Below are positions 11,043 through 21,665 of a stretch of DNA of 64,000 bases, one piece after another. The DNA is from Hemiscyllium ocellatum. Its lineage: Eukaryota. The translations under genes were made by a program, and so were the position numbers. Below the pieces are notes generated by a model. The model was not told the origin of the DNA, searched no databases, and worked only from the letters and a program-made list of their open reading frames with translations. Position 1 is the stretch's first letter, and each line of letters opens with the position of its first letter. The stretch is taken from NCBI RefSeq assembly GCF_020745735.1, contig NW_026867509.1:372001-436000 (forward strand), given 5' to 3'.

Positions 11043-12849
11043 AAAGACATTCCTCTTATTTAAATAGAGATCTGACAAAATGTGTTTGATGACTGTCACA
11101 TCGAAAATGAAAAACATATTAAAGGAATGCATATTCTCCTGATGATTAGTGATCAAAGAAGCATTTTAATTTTAACCATCAGAATTTTAAACTTGTCTTT
11201 CTCCTACAGGTTGTGTTTTAAATTAACTTCACTATCACTGTGTATTGGAACTATGATCACACATATATCTGTGGAAAATGTTGAAAGACTGACAACTTTC
11301 TGAAAAATGAAATTCTTCCACATCGATCTCTTAAGTGTAGCTGTGGGGAGATTAGTTGTCACAGTGCAAATGAATTAATGTGAACTTTCCAACCTGAAAC
11401 CAACACGAAACGAGATACTTTTTCCTTCACGCTGCGGGTGTTCCAGACTGAAATAATCCAAGGTCCAGAATTCAGTCTAATTCTTGCCCTGGTCTCCATA
11501 CCTTTCACTGCTGCCAGTCTGATGTGAGGAACCGATGAATAAATGAGCTGTGAGCTCTTGGATCGCAGCTGCTTAATCTGTCAGCAATGAGCCATCAGAG
11601 AGACTGGATACTATTCAACATTAACGGAATTCTTGAATTCAAAAATTTAAATGTCAGTTTATTTTGTGTAAACCTGCATTCACAGCGTAGAATCATGACT
11701 TTTGCTTTCAATGCATTATTTACAAAGGCATCTGTCATAATTGAAACTAATGTTAAAATGTACAGAATGTTTCACATAAAGGCATTGCTAACGTTGTTTT
11801 AATTATGCATTCTATCTATTTCTACACTGTTGCGTTATCAGGTGATATTTGGTGCCATAGCTGGATGATGACATTTCTAAATTTCTGCAAGTCGTGTCCC
11901 TGCAGATTCTGTCTCTCAAGTGTCGGGTTCAGCAATGACATTTGAAGACTTCGCAAAGACCGTTCGTTAAAGACATTCGACCACTGCTGTTACTGTTTAA
12001 ACTTTGCAAAAATGTCATCAGATTTGATATAAAGCAGACATTGTTGATCTGCTCTGCTATCTGCTAACTCCACTGAGATTGCCCATGAGTAAAATGAGGG
12101 GATTTTCACTACCCGTTATCTGTTACTGTCTTACACCATGATACGTTAACGAGAGACGCAGGGGCAGGAATTGAATACTCTGCAAAGCTAAACGACTGTG
12201 AAAAGAAATACATTGATTACGAGCACTAAGAAAGTAATTGCAAGAGGCCGCGACATGACTGCTCCTACCAACTCAGAATAAATAAGAGTGATTTCAGATG
12301 CAAATTAACTTCACAGTGTGGTCTTTGCAGAGGAAATTGGGTGCAGTCACCAATTCTCCCTGAAAATGCACGTGACAGGTCCGTTTTCTCCTGTTCATTG
12401 GTACCTATTCCCAATTATATTTGTATGCTGCTAACATCAAGTGACACCGTAAAATCTTTGGCTGCTGCATTCCACATCGAAATTTCCTAGTCACTACTTC
12501 ACAAACTCACTCTGAGTTGTGATGGTGCATGAAAAATGAGTGACCCAATCTAATTTCAACAACTGCATTCTTGCACGAAAACTAATTATTTCCAATCATT
12601 AAATGGTAAGGCGACTGGTCCGCTCAGTTTGACTTCAAGCTGAATCTCAGACCAGTTAAAGAACAAATTGGTTCAACATTTAGTGAGTTTGCAAACTGTC
12701 CCTTTTTTTATTTAGTGGCAACCTGACTGTGTTGACGTATCATTTTCTAAACATCCGAGCGCACCGTTGATGTCTCTCTTCTATCACATAAACGTTGACG
12801 TTGTCAGAACTCGGTCATCCTATCACATTATACACAATAAGAGACATCA

Positions 12850-13400
12850 TATAAAAGGCAGCCAGTGCTGTCAACTTTGTGTTGTCTGATTTGTTGTGCT
12901 TTCTGAGGCACAGAAACATGCCTCACATTCCAGCGCAGTAGTAATGTGGCTCTCCATTGTCTGTCTGGTCTTGGCTACTTCCATTATTGGGAATAACTAA
13001 ACTTTTAAATCGCATTTATTTTCTCATGGAATAAATTTGACAAATAAAATAATTGCTTTTGGTAAGTATCGAAGCTGGATTGTAATGCGTTTTGGTTTTT
13101 ACATGCACTTTTGCGATCTATCTTGCATTATCAACAAAAGTACACGGAACACAACGTAGAAGCGAATTTTGGGGATGATGCTGAATTGAGAGATTATAGC
13201 TGACAGAAACCAACGTATAAGATTCAGTTCCTTTGGCCAATAATGAAAAGACTAACGGACAAATGGACTGAAGTATTTAGAATGAACCAAATATATTTGG
13301 CTTAGGACCGGGAGAGGAATATACCTCTTGAGAAGAATTACAGATCTGTAAAGTTAAATGAGAAAATGCTGGTGGCACAGATTGGTTCAATGAGGATTTG
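12850..13400 (+). pseudogene. Degenerate V-type Ig-superfamily gene (TATA + leader + V-like exon), no RSS seen
   Basis: TATAAAA 12850-12856; leader MWLSIVCLVLATSIIG 12944-12989 with GG where a GT donor is expected; downstream QKYTEHNVEANFGDDAELR and, in another frame, EELQICKVK*ENAG (strand E/F-like). Confidence 0.4.
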
Positions 13401-13582
13401 AAGAGAAATATGTTTAGCCCCAGACCAGGCAGAAATGTGTTTGTCATTTCGACAAGAAACATTTGGAGAAAACAAGAACGATCTATTTAAAAGGAAACCA
13501 GATGAACGGGTGCAGATGAAATGGATGAATTGTTTGGTGGTAGCATGAGAGGAAGAAATAGGCAAGACGCCAGTGTTTACAC

Positions 13583-14029
13583 ATGGGCATGAACCTGACT
13601 GAAAGAATGAACATTTTTTGTGTTCTCCGTAAGGAAGTGTTGCGAATTTGGTTGAGTTCACTCATACATTTCGTCACTGATTGCGGCTTTATTTTATATT
13701 GTGTTTCAGATCTGAACGATGCAGATTCGGTCACTCAGCGGGAGACCTCGCTCACAGAGGGAGAAGACATCGCTTTAACATGCACTAACAGCGGAAATGA
13801 TCACTACTGTCTATACCCAGCAGACAATCCGAGTTTGAAATCCAGACGTAACTGAGTGGTGTTTCTGAAATGAAGGCGGATTTCGCTCAGAACCTCTTTT
13901 CTGATACCGTCTAGCACACAGTGAAGTTTGACTGATTGACCATCTCAGAGCTGGTGCTATCTGACACCGCTGCCTATTAATGTGCAACGACTCAGAGTGA
14001 TGAAAGAGTGAAATCCTTGTACAATATCA
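13583..14029 (+). pseudogene. TCR delta/alpha-type V pseudogene (leader, intron, V exon, decayed RSS)
   Basis: Leader (MG)MNLTERMNIFCVL, donor GTAAG 13629, acceptor 13708-13709, phase-consistent DADSVTQRETSLTEGEDIALTC; 3' part KADFAQNLFS...LTISELVLSDTAAY*CATT; CAGAGTG 13993-13999, 21 bp, ACAATATCA. Confidence 0.85.
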
Positions 14030-14479
14030 GCTGCAGTATCTGTTTATCAGCTGCTGCCTGTTGAGGGCTGTTTATAACGGGTTGCACACTGACACTTAGG
14101 TACGTTCCTGTGAGGAAATGCCTGATGACTATCTGTCAGAAAAAAATCTAAAGTCGTTCACATGGAATAGTTATATTGATTATTGAACTAATTATGAGAC
14201 TTACCTCATTGTCCTCCATTGTATTTGGTGATGTGTGGAAAGCCCTGCTCACTTTCAGTGAGAATACAGATTTTCAAACTTGCTTGTCATTAACTATATC
14301 CACTGATCTCCTGATGAGAAAGCCTGGAATCTAATCTGTCAAATCATTTTGGATAAGACATACTGAATGAATAGCAGTTGGTCATTGATGAAAATCTGAA
14401 TCATCACACTAACCTGATTGAGTATATCTCAATATTGAAGTACAAATATTAAAGATTGAAAATCCACAATAATGTAAGT

Positions 14480-15010
14480 TATAGATGGACTATTTTCGGG
14501 ATATGATGTGAAGTTAACTAGGTATGACATTATCAGAATACGCATTACAAAGATCTTAACAGGACTAAAGAATGTGAGGTACAATGAGAAGTTGAGACAA
14601 TTTTCCCCTGAGAATAAGAGACAGTGAGAGGTGGAAAGGCGAACATCTAAAGATCAGAAAATCATCATTGGTGTGTATAAGTTGAATAGCAAAGGTCTCG
14701 TAGCCTGGGTAGGCGAGTTCACAACTGGAGTACAAATTATTAAACTGGGAGGGGAGAGATTTGAGGGGATGTCGAGGGTAAATTTCTCATGTAGATGTTG
14801 ATGTGCACGTTCAATTAATAGCCCGAGAAAGGGGTAGATGCAGGAGCAATTATAACATCTCAGAGACATTTGGGCAGGCACGTGAATAGGACGAATTTCG
14901 AATGAGATGGACCAGACTCCGCTGAACGTAAATACTTTAGTTTCAGAAGACTGTTCGGTCTAAACGAGCTGGACTGAATGAATTGTATTTTTGCTGCATT
15001 ACTCCATGAC
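14480..15010 (+). mobile_element. Old CR1 3' fragment
   Basis: Resembles the CR1 3' end (ggactaaagaatgtgagg...ggggagagatttgagggg...atgggaccagact) shared with other copies in the window. Confidence 0.55.
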
Positions 15011-15546
15011 TCTAATCTGTGAGAACAGGCGTTCTTTGTTCTTGCAACATTTGGTATCAAAACATCTGGTTGAAACAAAAAGTGTTTATGTTAGCAAATA
15101 TTAATCGAGCTTTTAGGAACTTGAACTCATTGGTTCAGGCATTTTATGAGTAATATGTATCTGTTTTATCATTTTCTTACACAGCCTATAGCGCGATCCT
15201 GTTGCTTTGAAATATTCATTGCTGATTGGAAAACATGGTCAGGTCAGATAATTTGATAAGATTTCTTGTCACAAAAGTTTGAATCTATATAACAATAGAG
15301 CATAAATTTCCTAATCACCTCCATGGATTATTGTAAGAATGTAATCGAAACAAGACACAGAAAAAAACTTGCCCCAGTGATGCACTGTTAACTTTTAGCT
15401 TATAAAATATTTGGATACATTTCAAATTTGTGGTTTTGTGAAGATAATGTTTTGAAAGTATATGTTTCTCTGCAATTGTCCCCCGACGCCCTCTATCCTC
15501 CTGTCCACACATGCACCATTAAATGAGTTTTGCTTCGTTGCGGCAG

Positions 15547-15585
15547 AGTTTTTGTACGAGGCTGGCTGTCGTTCCTGTCACGGTG
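15547..15585 (-). other. 23-RSS (recombination signal sequence)
   Basis: CACCGTG (15579-15585), 23 bp, ACAAAAACT (15547-15555), directly after YYCGLR. Confidence 0.9.
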
Positions 15586-16016
15586 TATCTCAGTCCACAG
15601 TAATACACCGCGCTGTCAGACAGCTGCAGCTCACCAATGGTGAAATTGCCTTCACTGTTCGACGTGTCCAGAGACGACAAAACTCGAGGCTCCACTCCCT
15701 CAGACTGAAAGGATCCCCGTAGTTAGGGATGTATATCATGAATGTCAGAGGTTTTCCGCGGTACTGACGGTACAACTGTAAAGAATATGAGGTATGTTGG
15801 GTCGAGTATCTGAATTTAATGGTCACTGAGTCTCCTTCGAACAATTTGATTGCATTCGGCTCTTGTGAAATCGAGTCTGCACAATTAGAACCTGAGGAAA
15901 TTTGGAAATAACCGACAATTACTTATCATATTCTCGTTTTAATCAAATAATGTAAAGAATGTGAGAAACTACGTCACAAATAGCGAGGAAAAATTTGTTA
16001 CAGTGTAGGTCACCAT
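15586..16016 (-). pseudogene. TCR alpha-type V pseudogene
   Basis: Leader-like MVTYTVTNFSSLFV from ATG 16016; acceptor 15892-15893; SNCADSISQEPNAIKLFEGDSVTIKFRYSTQHTSYSLQLYRQYRGKPLTFMIYIPNYGDP, frameshift, EGVEPRVLSSLDTSNSEGNFTIGELQLSDSAVYYCGLR. Cys23->Phe and Trp41->Leu. Confidence 0.9.
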
Positions 16017-16809
16017 ACCAATGTCAATTATCAGCAACATTTGCCACCTCTTGAACTTACCAGTTAAGAATTCTGCAGCAGTCATCATTGCATAAAATGT
16101 GAAAATCAACATGCTTGGCAAGCAGAGGGTGAGTTTAAGCAAGAGGAAAAGAAACTAGATTCTCTTTGTTCAGTGATGGTGGTCGGATTGAACACTGCAA
16201 AGTGAAACTGAAGGGTTTTTATAGCTGTTGTTCTGTCATATCCGGACCTACTGCCGACTGGTTCTTCGCGTAAGCATCGCCAGGCAGCATCCAGTCAGCT
16301 CAAGACCTTTTGTTCTCTAGTCATGATATCAAAGAGCTGCTCCGCAAACCTTTGAATCTGCTCCACTGCTCAATTTGAGCTCAGCAATCTTCCACTGTGC
16401 AGCACAACTCAAAAATATCTTATTTCCTTGAAGATCCACTAATCTTATCAAAATCATTGAGAAATAAATTCAAAGATAGGGCAATGGCTCCTCTTCTGAC
16501 GTACTGACTTTAAGTGAAATAGGTATTTACTCTAATTCTGGGTATTTTTACAAAGACAGTCTTTAAGCTGAGTCGTTGATGCTTGAAAGCTGATGCCGTT
16601 ATAGTTACAGTTCCCTAGTTCACGATTAGGAGTGTTGGTTTCCAATACAACACTTAATACCAAAGCAAGGACGGGTTTAGAGCAGAATACAAACATGAAG
16701 TACAGAAGGAAATCATTCAGGACAGCTGATCTGGTTTATAGTACTGCTCAAAGATATGTTTGTGTTTGTGTTTGTGGGGGTGGGGGGGGTAGAGTAATCG
16801 TGTTTTGTC

Positions 16810-16848
16810 AGGTTTTATCCGGAGTGTCAGTGGCCGTCTGTCAGTGTG
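16810..16848 (-). other. 23-RSS, nonamer degenerate
   Basis: CACACTG (16842-16848), 23 bp, ATAAAACCT. Confidence 0.7.
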
Positions 16849-17285
16849 GGGATCAGCACGCATAAACACACCTCAGCGTAAGAGATATAAGAAAAAGTGA
16901 TCTTGAAAGAAACTGTTTTGATTTCTTTAGCCAGACTAGCAGAAAACCTGTCTGAAGAACCTGGAGACTTTTCGCCCTGTTCTATATCGAATCTTCTTAG
17001 TAAATACCTCGGAGCTTTCCCAGGAAACTTAATGCACAAGAAGACTGATGATCTACTGTATTTCACTGGGTAAAGAGATTTCAGAATACAGTCTAATCTT
17101 CCCGAAACATTTGTTAAAGTAGATTCCACAAAACTGTATCAAGGTAACTCCTTCTGGTAAAATAAAATATAAGATGTCAAAAATCAGTCGTGAATCATAC
17201 GACTTGCACTTCGACTTAAGTAACTCAGACTAATTGGTGTTTGCATAGACATTAACATCAGCAAGACATGAAGTAGGCATGAAGG
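16849..17285 (-). pseudogene. TCR alpha-type V pseudogene
   Basis: Acceptor 17154-17155; RLDCILKS...VFLCIKFPGKAPRYLLRRFDIEQGEKSPGSSDRFSASLAKEIKTVSFKITFSYISYAEVCLCVLIP; FR1 frameshift, Trp41->Leu, DxAxYxC motif decayed; leader-like LHVLLMLMSMQTPI upstream. Confidence 0.85.
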
Positions 17286-17906
17286 TTGACAGGAAACCAT
17301 CCAGTTCTTAAAGTATTTTGACATGACTGAACCCACATCAAAAATAGGCCTCTATTCCTCGGCTCGTGAGGGTCCTTTTTCTTGTTCCGATTGGTAGATT
17401 TCACTGAACTCAACAATATATCACTCATAGTTAGTTCATAGCTGATTGCAGCTGAATCTCTCGAAACATTTACCTGATATTTTTTGCCCCCTTGCTCTTT
17501 CTCATCATTTCAGACGTTATGTCTCTATCTTTGTTTATCTCAATTTTATGTCAAGCTTAATGGCTATGTACTCAAATAGCTCCCTGTGGTTAAACTGAAA
17601 GGGGAAATAATGTAAAATTGATTAAGCAATGTCTGCAGCAAAGGTGCACAATTAATCATTACTGTGAGAAGTTCAGGAAGAAAATGCAACGTCGTCATCC
17701 ACCTCCAAATTCTGGATTCTTGCCATTGGAGCCACTTTGCTGTGTAAAGCTCATAACTTCAACCAGTTTTTACTGTGACCCCAGAAGTTTGAAACCCAAT
17801 GTCCCTAATTATGTTTTTTTTATTAAATCACTTTTGAAAGATTGCAGTCTTTGGATGGAACCGAATTCACAAGTTACAGAAATTTAAAAAAAAATGCAGT
17901 TACGCA

Positions 17907-18178
17907 CACCGTGGGTCTGCAAAAGATGAATAGCAGCAGCAGTACGTCATTTAGTCCTTTGACCCTGCTCCTGTTTCAGAATATCACGACTGCCCTGATA
18001 GTGTCCTCTGGTCTGCTTCCGTGTCTGGCCCCAGAATACAGTTCTCCACCATAAATTAACATTCTGTGTATTTCCACCTTGAACATATTCAAAGGCCCAA
18101 CCCTCACTTTTATGACAGATACGAATTTCACAGACAAACGATACCCAGAGAGGGAAGTAATAACGTCCTCATCTCCAT
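17907..18178 (-). pseudogene. Degenerate V relic in tandem with the 18.4-kb V
   Basis: Leader-like MEMRTLLLPSLG|GTATC, then LYSGARHGSRPEDTIR (cf. LYWYRQ..G.RPE..IR), and heptamer CACGGTG at 17907-17913; no nonamer. Confidence 0.35.
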
Positions 18179-18380
18179 TTAGCTGGGAGGCCCGCAATTT
18201 TAACATGTTTGACCTATATTTCCAGTGTCACCAAAACGGAATATCATCTCCTCAGCATCCAAAGGTTTTTTGCTGCTTGGGATATTTCATGATCTGTATG
18301 AAATATCGCCTATTATTCTCAATATTTTGCCAATGTTTTGAGTTTGTCACCCCTGGTGCCCTTGATCGTCAAGCAGATAG

Positions 18381-18418
18381 AGTTTTTGTGCAGGGGAGGA
18401 GGGACTCCCACCACTGTG
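18381..18418 (-). other. RSS, 22-bp spacer
   Basis: CACAGTG (18412-18418), 22 bp, ACAAAAACT (18381-18389). Confidence 0.9.
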
Positions 18419-18898
18419 GGTCTCAGTGCACAGTAATACACGGCGCTATCTTTCAGCTTCAAACCTTTCATTGATAAGTGGAAAACTCGTTTTTCCCGAT
18501 TGAGATTCCCACTTAAGTGTTCAAAACCGGGAGCTGTATCATTATATCCATAACTCTCTGCTCTGATCAGGTATTGAGGTGCTTGCTGTGGATACTGGCA
18601 GTACCAGAACAGGCCATAGTTTGCAATTACAGCAGATACCGAGTAGTTGCAAGTTATAGCTGAATCTTCACCAGTGAATGCTTTGACGCCTTATTGCGAC
18701 TGGGACACCGAGTCTCCATTACTCATCTCTGAAATAAAACCATGGACACACAATGGGATAGAGAGAGGATAACAAAGACATAATCGCCTGCAGATTCAAT
18801 TTGAAAATGAAATGAAGTCTTGGGTCTGTAGTGGAGATTTCGCAGAACAGACCTGTGAATAAGAGAATAAACAGAGGCAGGCAGAGTTTCATTCTCAT
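18419..18898 (-). pseudogene. TCR alpha-type V pseudogene, best-preserved V in the window
   Basis: Leader MRMKLCLPLFILLFTG 18853-18898, 123-nt intron; GDSVSQSQ*GVKAFTGEDSAITCNYSVSAVIANYGLFWYCQYPQQAPQYLIRAESYGYNDTAPGFEHLSGNLNREKRVFHLSMKGLKLKDSAVYYCALRP. Cys23, Trp41 and Cys104 intact; TAA in FR1 and a stop/phase defect at the exon start. Confidence 0.92.
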
Positions 18899-18899
18899 T

Positions 18900-19181
18900 A
18901 TTATCAAATCTTCAAAAATCAGAGAAAATAATCACACTCTGCACCAGATCTGGAATTTGGAGAAATTGAAACAACTGGGAGATGTTATGCGTGTGGCTGT
19001 GCTTTCATTTCCCCGCCCAGTTTTATTTCTTTGAACAAACTCTTCTATGAAACGGGAATTAATGATCTTCAGCAGGTAATCAGACAGTGCCCTCCTGTGG
19101 ACAGCAGAACAGCCTTCAGCAAACACAGTGACAGACACAAGCAGACACATTCATACACGCATGCATGCACCCACAAAAGTA
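18900..19181 (+). pseudogene. 5'-truncated V relic in opposite orientation
   Basis: WNLEKLKQL...FL*TNSSMKRELMIFSR*SDSAL, then CACAGTG at 19124-19130, a CA-rich 42-bp stretch and ACAAAAGTA. Confidence 0.45.
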
Positions 19182-19269
19182 AAGCAGGAGATGAAAAGCC
19201 AACGTGCCATGGAAGTTTTTAAGGTGATAAGCGTAACATTCATCTGAGCAATATATCTGTACGAATCAG

Positions 19270-19800
19270 TACCTCATGTTAAATGTATGCCTCCTTGGGA
19301 AAACTCTGGATTTATTTCTGACTGAATTCTCCAGGGATTTTCAGACAATCCACACTCGCTCACGATTGCGAGTGTCCCTTTATACCATACTGCATCAAAT
19401 GCCTTCGCGATGTGCAAGAAATCATATTTCACCTCTTGTCTGTGTTTTTTGTATGTTTGAACTAACGATGCAATCCGTTCAGGGGCCGATTTGGACCTGG
19501 CAGAAACTTCACTTTCCTGGTCAGCAGAGCCCACAAGAGATTCAGATTTAAAGAGAATCGACGAGACACGGAGCTGGCCAACGGCAGGCCATCCATTATC
19601 TTGCTCTTCGTCACCTCGTGTAGACTTCTATGGGTTGACCTACATCAGACGTTTCCTCCACGTCCGGGTTTCAGATGTCATGAAACATTTGTGCTCACAT
19701 CCTGACTGGCGTAAGAATAATATTCTTTGCACATTTTACAAAGCAGAAGTGGAAACAGTTATTCATAAACAAGAGGTCAAAGTTCTCCAACCAGAAACGA
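19270..19800 (-). mobile_element. LINE RT fragment (CR1/L2/Jockey clade)
   Basis: ORF 19274-19534(-) contains DFLHIAKAFDAVWYKG, the FLD..KAFD.V.H RT motif. Confidence 0.7.
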
Positions 19801-20405
19801 GAATGCTATGTCTGCTTGCAATCAGATCAGGAATACTTTTATTTAAAAGTAAAATATAATCCAGATGTCATATGGTCCACTCCTCGTTCTTGTTCCAAAT
19901 TTCCCTCGTTCCTATTGGAAAGAGTAATGCAACATGGTGTCAGATAGCCCAGGCACAGAGTTGGTGGATCAGTACAATGTATAACATTAACAATTTGACA
20001 TTGTTCTGATCCACTGTGCAGTGTTCTTGGAATCTAAACTTCAGCATAGAAAATGAATTCCCAAATTGCAGGATTACAAGCAAAGGGGACGTCATGAGGA
20101 CTGTCCTCACAATTGGCAAAAATCTGTTGCTTTTCATTGAACAATTAATTCACCTGAAATAAAAGTAAACCCTGATTGTTGTTAATCTTCGTTGTGATTT
20201 GAAATGTAATTAATGTTGATAATGATGACGTCGGTCGGTTAACTTAGAAGATTTTACATCAGGTGTTAAGGCAGAAAAAGAGGTTACAAATTAAAGACAG
20301 AAAAACTATTTTAACACGAACCAAACTTAAGGTACACCATTAACAGTCGATTCTAATTGCTAGGTGTGCGACTTTGCAGTACTGAGTAATGACTGGACAC
20401 CTTGG

Positions 20406-20750
20406 TGTTTTTGTTTAGTGTGGAGACTATCTACTACATCGATGAAGCACTGTGCGATCCATAGTGCAGGACTACACTGCAGAAGTAAGTGAATTGTCGA
20501 TTGACAGTTTGGAGATGTTGCCAAAGCTCTCAAACGTTGAAGAGAAACGTTCAGTGACTTTTGGATTCATTTTCGTATTGCTTCCTGGAAAACGAAAACA
20601 TTCCGTTGAGCCTGTCCAAAATGATGATTTTTACAGGACAGGTACATTCGATTGCAGCGTATTTTTAAGCTACAGGTTACTGTGACATTTCTTCCACCTT
20701 GAACCATCGTTTCAGAGAGCAGGTTCTCCACTGTTTCTTGGCGATTCCAT
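20406..20750 (-). pseudogene. TCR V pseudogene with abnormal RSS
   Basis: ETVENLLSETMVQGGRNVTVTCSLKIRCNRMYLSCKNHHFGQAQRNVFVF, frameshift, PKVTERFSSTFESFGNISKLSIDNSLTSAV*SCTMD; CACAGTG 20448-20454, 33 bp, ACAAAAACA 20406-20414. Confidence 0.75.
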
Positions 20751-21544
20751 GCAAAAAGAAAACCTGGTCCATTAATCATCATGGCATCACTATTGCCTTA
20801 TGTTAGTATCCGACCTGCATTAATATTTTCCTCGCAACAGTCAAAGGGAAGAGATACTTGCTGGAAAGGAGATAATGCCTGAGAAATAACATAACGATCA
20901 TGAGCATTGCAAAAAACGTCTGGATAGGGCAACTTGATTCCGAATCAATGAAATTCAAACTGTCACAGGAATAATACATTCAATGATTCAATTCATGGCT
21001 AATCCAACTAATGACAAAATTAGTGGGCAACGTGGCCAGAACAAGAGCAACAAAAGGGAGCTGAGGATGAGGCTGCCAATATTTTGCTGCTCTAATATGT
21101 AGCTTCAAGAATGTGTGATGCACGTGACTCTGGCATCCTGTGACATTGGCTCTGAGGAAATTATACCGCAAGACAAAATGTGAAGTTATGCAGATTATTG
21201 TAAACTACAGGGTAGTTGATAGAAGATATTTGATGTTTTTTGTGGTTTATGGAAACAACTGTGTTCATGCACACGATTTTCAACGATCCTATGTCTATTT
21301 CACCAGTCGCCTCGTTTGCTGTTACTATGCAGTTCCTCCTAATCGCTCTGTGTTGATTGTTTACCTTCAAAACCCTAAGTCTGTATCATCTCAGTCTATT
21401 CATTTTGGATTCAATCCAAATCATTATCTTCTGTTTTCCTTTTCATTGTGTCCACCTTTCAGCTCATGTGTCATGGCCCCTTCAAACCCCTGTGAAGTTT
21501 TATACAGATAGTTGAAGCATTCCAAACCTTACTTGAGAGAGTTC

Positions 21545-21665
21545 GGTGACAGTATCCATCAGCCCATTCCTGAAGAAGGGCTCATGCCCGAACCGTCGAT
21601 TCTCCTGCTCCTTCGATGCTGCCTGCCCTGCTGCGCTTTTCCAGCAACACATTTTCAGCTCTGAT
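21545..21665 (+). repeat. Penelope-end-derived short repeat with a hammerhead-like core
   Basis: cctgaagaagggctcatgcccgaaccgtcgattctcctgctccttcgatgctgcctg; same family as 10800 and 59320. Confidence 0.7.

Noticed and set aside
11200-11500. CACAGTG at ~11236-11242 (minus) with EGKSISF-like text upstream
   Set aside because: No nonamer at 12 or 23 bp and no convincing V framework; isolated heptamers are expected by chance.
16810-17285. 16.8-kb and 57.1-kb V segments as cassette paralogues (offset ~40.3 kb)
   Set aside because: The offset fits, but I could not align their flanks; same broad family only.
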